Made by a program: the position numbers and the translations under genes
Shown here: positions 49,854 to 59,575 of the stretch, piece after piece
Numbering within the stretch: position 1 is the stretch's first letter
Layout of the letters: each line of letters opens with the position of its first letter
The notes under the pieces: generated by a model
Seen by the model: only the letters and a program-made list of their open reading frames with translations
What the model was told of the DNA's origin: nothing
Database searches by the model: none
Assembly: GCA_021792255.1 (NCBI GenBank)
Contig: JAJYUZ010000001.1
Span: 352,001-416,000, forward strand
Direction of reading: 5' to 3'
From: Thermoplasmata archaeon
GTDB lineage: Archaea; Thermoplasmatota; Thermoplasmata; Thermoplasmatales; GCA-001856825
Length of the DNA stretch: 64,000 nucleotides

Positions 49854-51512
49854 TCACTGTGACCTGAGTTCTCTCCTCAATATTTTTCCTACCAGTGTCT
49901 TGGGCAAATCCTTTCTGAATTCCACGTATCTCGGTATCTTGAACTTGGCTATTTTTCCCTGGAAGAAATCCTTGATTTCTTGTTCGGTTGAGGTTTCTCC
50001 ATCCTTAAGGACAACAAACGCCTTCACTACTTCGCCGTGGGCAGCTTCTTTTACTCCGATGGCCGCAGCTTCCTTCACCTTTGGATTTTGGTACAGTATT
50101 TCTTCCACTTCTCGTGGATACACATTGAATCCTCCAACGATAATCACGTCCTTCTTCCTATCCACTATGTAGAAATAGCCTTCCTCATCCATCTTTGCTA
50201 TGTCTCCCGTATACAGCCAGCCGTCCTTTAGAACTCCCGCCGTTTCTTCCGATTCCTTGTAGTACCCTTCCATGACCTGAGGACCCTTTATTATTAGTTC
50301 ACCTTCAGCGTTGATCGGCATTTCTTTGTCCCCGTTTTCTGCATCTACTATCCTCGCATAGGTCGAAGGAACGGGAAGTCCTATAGAACCGGGCTTTATC
50401 TTGCCGAATAGTGGATTTACGTGAGTGACCGGTGAAGCTTCAGTAAGCCCATAGCCTTCCACCAGATGTCCTCCCGTGATCTTGTCCCATTTTTCGATTA
50501 TCTCTACCGGGAGCGAGGCAGAACCGGAAATGCAGTACTGTACTGACTTCATGTCCACCTTTTGAAGATCCTTGTGCAAGAGAATACTCGAGTAGAGAGT
50601 CGGAACACCGGGGAAAAATGTCGGGTGGTATTTTTTGATTAGCTTGAGTATGCCGTCCACTTCGGGTTTTGGTTGAAGAATCATCGTCGCTCCTATCTTG
50701 ATCGGGAAGTTCATGGCTATGGTCATCCCAAAAACGTGAAAGAATGGAATGACGCTCAACATAGAATCCTTGCCGAACTTCTGATCGGGTATCGTGGCAA
50801 TCGATTGAATTGTGTTGGACACAAGATTTCTGTTCGTAAGCATTGCGCCTTTCGGCGTTCCTGTCGTTCCTCCAGTGTACTGGAGAACCGCGAGAGAGCT
50901 GGGATCGTTGTTTTCTTCTGAATCCCCCTTGAATTTCTGATGCTCGTTGAACTTCTTGAACCTATCTGGGATCTTGACGAATTTCTTACCCAGTCTTCGC
51001 TGAAGCCCATAAAGGAAGTTGAGCGGGAAGGCGAGATAATCTTCAATTCTCGTCGCGACCACGACCAGGTCAGGGAATTTCTTCAGTGTTTCTTCTATCC
51101 TGGGTAAGAGGTCGTCAAAGATAATAAGCACTTTAGCGCCTGAGTTCCCGATTATCCGGTCTATTTCTACCTCAAAATATGTGGGCGAGATCTGAGTTAC
51201 AACTGCCCCGATCTTGTTTATTGCAAAGAATGCAATTATGTATTGAGGGCAATTTGGAAGGTCCACTGCTACTTTGTCGCCTTTATTGATACCCAGTGAC
51301 TTCAGGTATGCTGAAAACGAATCGACCCTCTCTTTCAACTCGCCATATTTGATCTTGTAATTGAAAAACACTACTGCCATTCGGTCTGGAATGCTGGTCG
51401 CACTATATTTAAGGAAATCGTACGGCTTCGAATCTTTGCATTCAATGTCTGCAGGGACTCCTTTATCATATGATTTCAACCAAATTCGGTCGCTCTCTGA
51501 AGATTGTCGCAC
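49854..51512 (-). CDS. fadD: Long-chain fatty acid-CoA ligase
   Basis: YTGGTTGTPKG, GYGLTE, TGD and PKTLVGKILRR. Confidence 0.92.
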   Translation of the reverse strand: MRQSSESDRIWLKSYDKGVPADIECKDSKPYDFLKYSATSIPDRMAVVFFNYKIKYGELKERVDSFSAYLKSLGINKGDKVAVDLPNCPQYIIAFFAINKIGAVVTQISPTYFEVEIDRIIGNSGAKVLIIFDDLLPRIEETLKKFPDLVVVATRIEDYLAFPLNFLYGLQRRLGKKFVKIPDRFKKFNEHQKFKGDSEENNDPSSLAVLQYTGGTTGTPKGAMLTNRNLVSNTIQSIATIPDQKFGKDSMLSVIPFFHVFGMTIAMNFPIKIGATMILQPKPEVDGILKLIKKYHPTFFPGVPTLYSSILLHKDLQKVDMKSVQYCISGSASLPVEIIEKWDKITGGHLVEGYGLTEASPVTHVNPLFGKIKPGSIGLPVPSTYARIVDAENGDKEMPINAEGELIIKGPQVMEGYYKESEETAGVLKDGWLYTGDIAKMDEEGYFYIVDRKKDVIIVGGFNVYPREVEEILYQNPKVKEAAAIGVKEAAHGEVVKAFVVLKDGETSTEQEIKDFFQGKIAKFKIPRYVEFRKDLPKTLVGKILRRELRSQ

Positions 51513-51750
51513 AATACAAAAAGTTGTCCGATAATTAAAGGTATCGATGAGATTCGCTAATTAACCTTAAGAAATTTTGGCATACTATACTTGAATATTT
51601 TGAGTTCTTTACCATAAGCTGTTAGGTACTTTGGAAAAGTGGTGTACTATCGCTTATTCCAAAAAAAAGGATGAGGAATTATTGACACTATTTTTATGGT
51701 ACTTCTAAATTGCATTACGCTAGATAATCGAAACTCTGGTTGGTGAAAAA

Positions 51751-53013
51751 ATGGAAGATTTTCTGCTTAATGAAAAGGAAAGAAGAACAAAATATGACGT
51801 GAGGAAAACGGTCAAATCGGTTCCCCACGAATTGATAAGAAGAATAGAGAAGGAAGAAATAGTCTTTCCAAAGGAGTTCATAGATTTGATCACTGGGGCG
51901 GGAATAGTTGGCCTGAGATTCCCAGAAATCTATGGCGGCAGGGAAAGTACTTGGACGGGAGAGGTGGCGGCGGTAGAAGAGATGGGTTACCTTGGATTCA
52001 CGCTGAGTTGCATGTATTCTCTTGGAACGATCGTAGGTGAGCCAATCTTCAGGTTCGGGACAAAACAACAAAAGGAAACTTACTTGAGAGGCATAACGAA
52101 GGGCAACAAGTACGGAGCTGAGGCAATCACCGAACCCTCAGGAGGTTCAGACCTTTTTGGAATGATGCACTCGGCCGCCGATAAGAGAGGAAACAAGTTT
52201 ATTCTGAATGGACAGAAACGCTTCATAGTCGGAGGTAAAGGGGCGGATTTCTTTGTCACTTACGCAATAACGGACAAGAATGCCAAATCGAGGACCAGAG
52301 GGATTAGCGCCTTCATCGTAGACAGAGATACTCCTGGACTAAAGGTAGAGACAATGTATGGTCTTATGGGTAACAAGGGAGGAGGAACGGCGAGAATAGT
52401 TTTCAAAGATGCAGAGGTTCCAGAAGAGAACCTGATAGGAGAATTGAACGGAGGCTATGACATTTTCAACAGGATGATGGTTCCAGAAAGGTTGACGACA
52501 GCCGCTGGCTCGATCGGAGTAAGCATGGCAGCACTTGAGGTCGCAACTGCTTACACGCTAAAGAGAGAATCTTTCGGAAAGAAATTGATTGAGCACGAAG
52601 GAATCAGCTTTAAACTCGCCGAGAGCCTGGCATTAGTCCAGAGTGCTTCCTCGATGGTTTATGTTGCTAGCAGGGCAGCAGACCTGCTGGAAGAAGGAAA
52701 GACGACGCTTCCGTATGTCAGAAAACTGGTATCCATTGCTAAACTTCAATCTACCGAGGCAATGTGGAAAATAGTGAACGATTCGATGCAAATGCTAGGC
52801 GGCATTGGATACACGACCGTCTATCCTGTCGAAAGACTCCTGAGGGATTCGAGACTGGGCTTAATCTGGACTGGGAGCAGTGAAGTCATGAAGATGATCA
52901 TACAGCACGAATTTCTGAAAGAGTATACGGACAAGAATTATGCGGTTACGAAGAGGGATATAGAAAAGGACGCACTAGATTTCAAGCTGGAAGAGGAAAA
53001 GGTCTATAACTGA
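51751..53013 (+). CDS. Acyl-CoA dehydrogenase
   Basis: TEPSGGSD, NGQKRFI, RESFGK and LGGIGY. Confidence 0.92.
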   Translation: MEDFLLNEKERRTKYDVRKTVKSVPHELIRRIEKEEIVFPKEFIDLITGAGIVGLRFPEIYGGRESTWTGEVAAVEEMGYLGFTLSCMYSLGTIVGEPIFRFGTKQQKETYLRGITKGNKYGAEAITEPSGGSDLFGMMHSAADKRGNKFILNGQKRFIVGGKGADFFVTYAITDKNAKSRTRGISAFIVDRDTPGLKVETMYGLMGNKGGGTARIVFKDAEVPEENLIGELNGGYDIFNRMMVPERLTTAAGSIGVSMAALEVATAYTLKRESFGKKLIEHEGISFKLAESLALVQSASSMVYVASRAADLLEEGKTTLPYVRKLVSIAKLQSTEAMWKIVNDSMQMLGGIGYTTVYPVERLLRDSRLGLIWTGSSEVMKMIIQHEFLKEYTDKNYAVTKRDIEKDALDFKLEEEKVYN

Positions 53014-53109
53014 CTGCTGCCCTTCCACTTTTTTTCTTTCAAAGAAAAAATGGTATTTTTGACTGTGCAACTGGAGGGATCATGTCTCCCTTGCGCGATA
53101 GAAAAATAT

Positions 53110-54309
53110 CTAATTTCGCTTTCTTCCTGGCAAGAATACAAGAAGTATGGCTGATGCTAGGGCAAACACAATCATAATGATGAACGATTGGTACATGCTC
53201 TTGAACACAAGAAGACCGTCAAATAGCAACAATCCTGCGCTTCCTCCGATTGTGCTTCCGACTCCCCATACCAAGGAGTTTGCTCTCGTAAAATGCTCCT
53301 TTGGAACCATCTGAGAAACATAACCGAGCAGCACCGGGAAACCAGTATAAGTGAAGAGAGCAAAGAAAGTGAAACTTATCAAGATGGACCAAAAAGATCT
53401 CGATAGGAACAAGAACAGTAGGAAGAATACTATCAGACCTATCGACGTCAATGAAATCGTAAATTTCCCACCGTACCTCGATGTTAAATACCCGAAGAAT
53501 GGCTGTCCGATCACTGCTGAAAGGAAAGCTATTCCCAGGATCACTCCCATGATCGTTTTTGAGGCAAAAACGCTATCGAGATATGTAGGAATGTAAGTGG
53601 TGCTGACCGAAATGAACATTGATCGCAAAAACACTATGACCACTAGGATCAAGATGAAGAAAGAAGCTGACGTGCCATTTTCAGCCCGATCGGCAACTCT
53701 TGAGTCACGCTGGAAGTTCGATTGAAAATTTTTCCTCTTGAAGAATCCGAGTCCGTAATATACTAAAACCGAAACTATTAGAAAATATATCACAAAATAA
53801 TCGAGACCCAGTGTTATTCCCACTGCAGTTGCAATAAATACGAAGATAATGGGGAAGACACTCCTTCCAAGGCTTCCGAATGAACCGTTTATTCCAAGAT
53901 AAGATGCCGATTCTTTCGGACCGAAAGTGTACGAAATAACCGTTGCCCCTATAGGGTGATATATGGACTGACCTATTCCCAGAATGACTGAACCCAAAAT
54001 CATGATTAGATATGCTTGAGATTTAAAAACGAATGGAAATGAGAAGATAAGAATGGCAACTGCGTTAAGAAATATGCCAAAACTCAGGATTACCCTATCA
54101 TTATCAGCCCTGTCGGCATATGATCCTACGAAGATGCTCAAGAATCCTGAGATGAGATTGTAGAGAACAGGCATCAACCCTATCACGAGTATGGAAAGTC
54201 CTGGAATCTCAACATAGTATGTGATAAGTACTGGGAACAAAAGGAAGTTGCCATCCACTGAAAAATGGCTGAGGGAAGTGAACAGCAGCGATCTTAATTT
54301 TGAATTCAT
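53110..54309 (-). CDS. MFS transporter
   Basis: About 12 TM segments, HFSVD and YHPIG. Confidence 0.85.
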   Translation of the reverse strand: MNSKLRSLLFTSLSHFSVDGNFLLFPVLITYYVEIPGLSILVIGLMPVLYNLISGFLSIFVGSYADRADNDRVILSFGIFLNAVAILIFSFPFVFKSQAYLIMILGSVILGIGQSIYHPIGATVISYTFGPKESASYLGINGSFGSLGRSVFPIIFVFIATAVGITLGLDYFVIYFLIVSVLVYYGLGFFKRKNFQSNFQRDSRVADRAENGTSASFFILILVVIVFLRSMFISVSTTYIPTYLDSVFASKTIMGVILGIAFLSAVIGQPFFGYLTSRYGGKFTISLTSIGLIVFFLLFLFLSRSFWSILISFTFFALFTYTGFPVLLGYVSQMVPKEHFTRANSLVWGVGSTIGGSAGLLLFDGLLVFKSMYQSFIIMIVFALASAILLVFLPGRKRN

Positions 54310-54471
54310 GACCGTTGTACCTTATGGTTTTAAACACTTAAAGTTAGTATCTCGGAAGACTGGTGGTCGGATCCAAAATTCACCCCCATTTACCTGGACC
54401 CGCAATCATCGCGAAAGAAGGCTAGCTTGCTCTTTACGCATGACTTATTAGTCAGCTTCTAATAATGCCCG

Positions 54472-55005
54472 TTGACGAATTCAAGAGGTGCAAGGAATAG
54501 GAATGATGCGGAAGAAAGGAGCCCGAGGGAGAGTGAGTCGACAATTGCGAGGGCTATGCTTCCTCCGGATGCGAACCCCGCAGGCAACGTATTTGGAGGT
54601 ACCATCTTGAAAATGATAGACGAGATTGCGGGTATAGTAGCCACGAAACACTGCAGGCGGAATTGTGTAACCGCCAATATCGAACACATCGATTTTATCT
54701 ATCCTGTTCACATCGGCGATCTGCTGGAACTAAAAGGAAGACTGAATTTTGTCGGGAAATCTTCCATGGAAGTAGGGGTGGAAGTCTTCGCGGAAAACCT
54801 AGAAGAGGGAGACATCAACTTTGCAGGCAGAGCCACCGTCACGATGGTTGCACTCGATGAGAGTGCTAGGCCCATCCAGGTGCCACGACTCAAACTGCAA
54901 ACTGAAGAAGATAAGAACATGTTCAAGGCAGGTCTAACAAGGTACAATGAAAGAGTCAAGAGACTTAAGATGCTCAAGAGGACTAAAAAACGAGGATCGA
55001 ACTGA
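54472..55005 (+). CDS. Acyl-CoA thioesterase (YciA-like hotdog fold)
   Basis: DANPAGNVFGGTILKMIDE and GKSSMEVGV. Confidence 0.92.
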   Translation: MTNSRGARNRNDAEERSPRESESTIARAMLPPDANPAGNVFGGTILKMIDEIAGIVATKHCRRNCVTANIEHIDFIYPVHIGDLLELKGRLNFVGKSSMEVGVEVFAENLEEGDINFAGRATVTMVALDESARPIQVPRLKLQTEEDKNMFKAGLTRYNERVKRLKMLKRTKKRGSN

Positions 55006-55063
55006 AATAATTTCTTTGATGATTTCTGAAATATCCACTCTCTGACTAGCTGATTATTATATA

Positions 55064-55552
55064 ATGGAAGCTGATAAACCAACCATGAACATTGGAAACA
55101 AGGCACCAGATTTTGAACTGGTAGACACGGAATTGAAGAGTGTCAAGCTTTCTGGCTTGATGGGCCACCCTACTGTTTTGGTATTTTTTCCCGGAGCATT
55201 TACCTCGGTTTGCACTGCAGAGCTTTGTACCTTCAGGGATTCTATGGCACGCTTCAACAAGATAAATGCTTCAGTTATAGGGATAAGCGTGGACCAGCCC
55301 TTTTCTCTGGCACAGTTCAAGAAGGAGAACAACTTGAATTTTCCATTGCTGAGCGACTTCACGGAAACGGTGAGCAGAAGCTACGGTGGAGTTCACGAGA
55401 ATTTCGTAAACGTGAAGGGGCTAAACGTTTCAAAGAGGGCAGTCTTTGTATTGGACAAGAACGGAACAGTTGCGTATAAGTGGGTGAGTGAGGATCCGAA
55501 AAAAGAACCCAACTACAAGGAAGTAGAGGAAGCGGTCGCGAAATTAGGGTGA
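55064..55552 (+). CDS. Peroxiredoxin (BCP/PrxQ-like)
   Basis: FPGAFTSVCTAELC and FPLLSD. Confidence 0.9.
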   Translation: MEADKPTMNIGNKAPDFELVDTELKSVKLSGLMGHPTVLVFFPGAFTSVCTAELCTFRDSMARFNKINASVIGISVDQPFSLAQFKKENNLNFPLLSDFTETVSRSYGGVHENFVNVKGLNVSKRAVFVLDKNGTVAYKWVSEDPKKEPNYKEVEEAVAKLG

Positions 55553-55556
55553 ATCT

Positions 55557-56201
55557 TTGCTTTTCTTTATTAATTTCAAAGCGTACAAAGAATCTACGGG
55601 ATCAAATGCGGTTACCCTTATAAGGGGCATTGAAAAGCAGTTCGGAGACCATCCTTCGATAATAGCGGTGTTAAATCCACTGGATTCTTTGATAGATACA
55701 AAATTGACCAAATTTGCACAAACTGCGGACCCGCTGAATCCGGGAGCATACACTGGCCATATTCCCGTCGGATTGCTAGGGGGATATCGCTATTCTGGAG
55801 TCATGATAAATCACTCCGAATGTAAACTGACCCTAGAGAAGATAAGGGATATCGTGCAAATGGCATCAGAACAGGGTTTCAGGACTTTGGTGTGTGCTGC
55901 AGACCTGAAGGAGGTCAAAGAGATAGTTGCATTCTCTCCAGATTACATTGCCTACGAACCCCCGGAACTGATAGGAGGAGAGATATCCGTTTCAACTGCG
56001 AAACCAGAAATCATACAAGAAGCTGTCAAGTTGTTACAAGGCACCGGGTCAAAATTGGTGGTTGGAGCTGGAATAAAGAACAGAAATGACGTGCGAGTCA
56101 GCAAGGAGCTCGGAGCGGAGGGCATACTTGTATCTTCAGGAGTTGTTAAATCCCCGGAGCCAATCGGGGTAATCATAGAAATGATGAAGGAGGTAGTTTA
56201 G
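55557..56201 (+). CDS. tpiA: Triosephosphate isomerase (archaeal type)
   Basis: INFKAY, NHSE, AYEPPELIG and GAGI. Confidence 0.93.
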   Translation: MLFFINFKAYKESTGSNAVTLIRGIEKQFGDHPSIIAVLNPLDSLIDTKLTKFAQTADPLNPGAYTGHIPVGLLGGYRYSGVMINHSECKLTLEKIRDIVQMASEQGFRTLVCAADLKEVKEIVAFSPDYIAYEPPELIGGEISVSTAKPEIIQEAVKLLQGTGSKLVVGAGIKNRNDVRVSKELGAEGILVSSGVVKSPEPIGVIIEMMKEVV

Positions 56202-56489
56202 GTGGAAACGTTTGACAGAGGGAGGTACGTAGCAGCAGACGTCGCTAGAGGAAAGATGATGCTAGCATCGTTCTTCATCGCTGCATTCCTAGGATTCCTC
56301 TCAGGACTGTTACCGTCTGCAGAAGGTTTTGTTGGGATAATCCTGCTTTTGGTTGCGCTAATTATAGCGGTATACCTGATACACAGATCGGGCCACGAAA
56401 CAAAGAAGAACACAGACTATGCGATAGCTTTCTTCATATCATTCCTGACATTTTTAGGATTCTGGATAATCTCACTCAATATTCCTTGA
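56202..56489 (+). CDS. Small membrane protein
   Basis: Three TM segments, abuts the tpiA stop. Confidence 0.6.
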   Translation: METFDRGRYVAADVARGKMMLASFFIAAFLGFLSGLLPSAEGFVGIILLLVALIIAVYLIHRSGHETKKNTDYAIAFFISFLTFLGFWIISLNIP

Positions 56490-57785
56490 TTCAGTTTCGA
56501 TCCATTTCCCCAGAGAGGGGAATAGAAATCTTTTCTTTATTTCAGTCGGAATAGAGTCGAGGTCGGAACCAGAAATGACCAGCATTTTTTCTGATTTGAA
56601 ATCCTTTGATAGTCGTACCTTGGGGAGAATTTCGGCGATTGCTCCAACTATACTTTTTTCTTCTCTCTCTCTCAGAACGCACACTCTGTCCCCGATCATA
56701 AATGGCATGCCGAATTTTGTTCCGCCCCCCCACTTTTGAAGGAACGATGTTACGTTAGGACTCGTGACCGGAGGCCCGATGTGCAAGGCCGCTTCTCCCA
56801 GTGCCTCTGCCTCCGGGATAATGACGATGTACCCTCCTCTATTGACGAAAACTGAACTGTACAAGATTCTAAATCCAAGGTTCTCTAGTTCTCCCTTTAT
56901 GATGGAACTGATCCTTTTCAGATTTGGCAACAGGACTTCCTCGTTGCATTTCCCGCAGGGTATAAATACGGCTACTGCTTCTTTCGGCAGAGAGAAATTG
57001 CCTATCTTGGGAAACAAAAAGTCTTTCCATTTTTCTTTGGAAAAGAGGCTTGAAGCAAGGATGAAGGTAGCTAGATTTTCTAACGAGACATTCGCAGCCG
57101 CGTTTCTGTTATAGTCGACAGGGTCCGGGATGACCAAGTTCGCTCCGTCGAAATCTTTTGCACCTCTATCGAGAACACAGGGAATCTTCCAGTCCTTAGC
57201 TTTGGATATGACCTCCTCGAATGTCTTGTAACGATATATTAGAAGCTCCGCGACGTAACCGGAGAATCCCTGGATCGAAGACTCGGCTCCATAGCTTCCA
57301 ATACCCTTGAGAAACTGTTTAAGAATTCTCACTTCATTTTTCATTTCTTCGGTAAAATTCTCGGTCACGAATTTTACGTGGAATGGAGTCCTGTCTACAG
57401 CCGTCTTAAGATCTCTTCCCGTAGACGCTTTGTAGCCTGGCACTATATCGATAGTAAAAGACTCTTGCGGCAGGGTGAGATAAGGATGGTCCGAATATTC
57501 CTCTTTACCCTCTGGGAATTCCCTCTTCAGAATCTTGATGACCTCTAGGGGAGCGAACTCTTCCGGGAACAGCATAAAAATGTCAGCGTCTGACCCTTTG
57601 ATGTCAGTTCCCTTTGCAAATGACCCTCCGAGAAAGATTTCGAAATCCAGCTTTTCTTTCTTCCTTAGACTTTTGAGCCGTTTTTCTATCTCTTCGATCA
57701 TTTCCAGTCTTCTCTTTCTTACGGACTTTTTTTCAACTATGCTGTCCAACACCCTGTCCTTTTCAAAGGGAGTTTCGTTCGTCAT
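56472..57785 (-). CDS. cca: CCA-adding enzyme (class I, archaeal)
   Basis: GSFAKGT..SDADIF, HPY, AVDRTPFH and GFSGYVAELL. Confidence 0.93.
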   Translation of the reverse strand: MTNETPFEKDRVLDSIVEKKSVRKRRLEMIEEIEKRLKSLRKKEKLDFEIFLGGSFAKGTDIKGSDADIFMLFPEEFAPLEVIKILKREFPEGKEEYSDHPYLTLPQESFTIDIVPGYKASTGRDLKTAVDRTPFHVKFVTENFTEEMKNEVRILKQFLKGIGSYGAESSIQGFSGYVAELLIYRYKTFEEVISKAKDWKIPCVLDRGAKDFDGANLVIPDPVDYNRNAAANVSLENLATFILASSLFSKEKWKDFLFPKIGNFSLPKEAVAVFIPCGKCNEEVLLPNLKRISSIIKGELENLGFRILYSSVFVNRGGYIVIIPEAEALGEAALHIGPPVTSPNVTSFLQKWGGGTKFGMPFMIGDRVCVLREREEKSIVGAIAEILPKVRLSKDFKSEKMLVISGSDLDSIPTEIKKRFLFPSLGKWIETESRNIE

Positions 57786-58147
57786 TTACCCGTCATCAGC
57801 GCTATTATGGCTTCAGCCGGCTTGTAGCCATTCTTTCTCAGAGCTTCAACCGCCTTCGCCCTTTCTACGCCCGTTTTCTGAATCACGAGGTTGATATCCT
57901 CTTCATTTATGTCAGAATCCATTGATTTCGAAGTCTCCGCCCCACCTACAACTTCTTCTCCCCCGACAACTTGATAAGTCCTGGTACCTTGAACATCCAA
58001 AATTGTGACTTGTGGATTCCTAACAGTAATTTTCTTATCACTAAAGATAAAATCCACCTGAATTACTCCGTCCATCTCGCTTGACTTGATTCCGGCCTGC
58101 TGCATCATCCGCCGAATCTGCCTTTCATTCATTCTTCCGCCCATCAT
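57782..58147 (-). CDS. nac: Nascent polypeptide-associated complex protein
   Basis: RRMMQQAGI, NPQV and EEDINLV..TGV...A..AL.....AEAI. Confidence 0.92.
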   Translation of the reverse strand: MMGGRMNERQIRRMMQQAGIKSSEMDGVIQVDFIFSDKKITVRNPQVTILDVQGTRTYQVVGGEEVVGGAETSKSMDSDINEEDINLVIQKTGVERAKAVEALRKNGYKPAEAIIALMTGK

Positions 58148-58297
58148 AGCGATTATAATAGCATATTGCGATAATATCTTTGCTCATTCGATCTCCTTAA
58201 AATTCACTTATATAAATATTGAAAAAGAGATTAATTTAAAGGTTAAATATATAGAAAATGATGTATGTCAGACAGAAAGTCAGGAGAAGGATGTTAA

Positions 58298-58639
58298 ATG
58301 TCTGATCTACCAGACCAGTCTCGAATTACAGTGCGTCTATCACTGGGCTCAGTGACCAAGATCAACGAGCTGATAGAGGAAGGTAAGTTCAAGAATATTT
58401 CGGAGTTCATCAGAGAAGCAATAGAGTCCCATCTTGACGAGCTTACCAGTTCAGGTCCTTCTAAGAAAATGACCCTAAGACTTCCAAGGAACGAAGTCGA
58501 AAACATCGACGTCATTGTGAACAAGGGAATGGCGGTAGATGGGGAAGACCTGATTAGGACAGCTGTCAGGGATTACATCAGGGACAAAATCAGGGAAATG
58601 GAAAGAGAACAGCTGGGCAGAGCTGCGAATAATGGCTGA
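58298..58639 (+). CDS. Tandem ribbon-helix-helix regulator (CdrS-like context)
   Basis: RITVRL...SEFIREAI followed by KMTLRL...EDLIRTAVR. Confidence 0.82.
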   Translation: MSDLPDQSRITVRLSLGSVTKINELIEEGKFKNISEFIREAIESHLDELTSSGPSKKMTLRLPRNEVENIDVIVNKGMAVDGEDLIRTAVRDYIRDKIREMEREQLGRAANNG

Positions 58640-59501
58640 AACTAAACTCGGAAACGTAAGGGTGTTAGGGGTCGGACACCTTGGAGTTGCGGTGGCCTCG
58701 TACTTTAACGGGGATACACTTACCTCTGGGTTAGATTACGATCCCGAGAGCATAAGGGACTGCAGAGTAGACAATGTGCTTCAGCTCAAGGAATTCGATG
58801 GGGGATTTGGACCAAAGATTGTTGAGGTACTTACTAGCGAGAGAAACACAATACTTGACAACTTTTCCGGGAACCTTATATTCTTGGTCGCTCAAGTAGA
58901 AGGGAGATTCCAGGAAGCAATCATTCCACCGCTCCTCAAGATATTAAGATCGACCGGCGCATTCATTGGATTTTTCCCTATTATTCCGATAGGGGCAGAC
59001 AGAAAAAGGGAGCTAGAAAAGGTTCAGAGAGTGAAGGCAGACTTGGACATGCTCGAATTAATTGACTCCGAATACATCTTATCTGGTTCGAGCAATCAAA
59101 GGGTTCTGGACATAAACAATCGTTATTACAAATACATCTGGGAGAAGGTTGTGAGCATTGCGAGAGTCGTAGACAATTCGACTGCACTTGGGATATCGCT
59201 TCACGACATCAAGATGCTGACGACACTTTATGGACCAGTTCAGGTATCTAGTTTCACTTATCCGTTCGTGAATTTCAGCATCGCGGAAAGGGATCTGTTT
59301 GAGGAAGTCAACAAAATGCCGCGAGAGAAGATAAAGAGAATTTACATGGTGCTGGAGATAGGGAGCGAAGTTGACTCCAACGACGTGATAATGTTCGTAA
59401 AGAAGATAAAAAACAGGCTAGGGAACATTGACTTTAGACAGGGCTTCATCCATACCCAAGGTAATTTCGGGCTGATACTGCTGAGCTTCGGCTCATTCTG
59501 A
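58632..59501 (+). CDS. Highly degenerate FtsZ/tubulin-like protein
   Basis: VRVLGVGHLG (T1-like), LIFLVAQVEG, FPIIP and GISLHDIK (T7-like). No GGGTG. Confidence 0.55.
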   Translation: MAETKLGNVRVLGVGHLGVAVASYFNGDTLTSGLDYDPESIRDCRVDNVLQLKEFDGGFGPKIVEVLTSERNTILDNFSGNLIFLVAQVEGRFQEAIIPPLLKILRSTGAFIGFFPIIPIGADRKRELEKVQRVKADLDMLELIDSEYILSGSSNQRVLDINNRYYKYIWEKVVSIARVVDNSTALGISLHDIKMLTTLYGPVQVSSFTYPFVNFSIAERDLFEEVNKMPREKIKRIYMVLEIGSEVDSNDVIMFVKKIKNRLGNIDFRQGFIHTQGNFGLILLSFGSF

Positions 59502-59575
59502 AAAGAGTGACGAGTTCCAATTGTGGTAAAAGCAGAAGTTTATTTAGCCTCAAAGTTTCTCCATTATAGGCCGAA

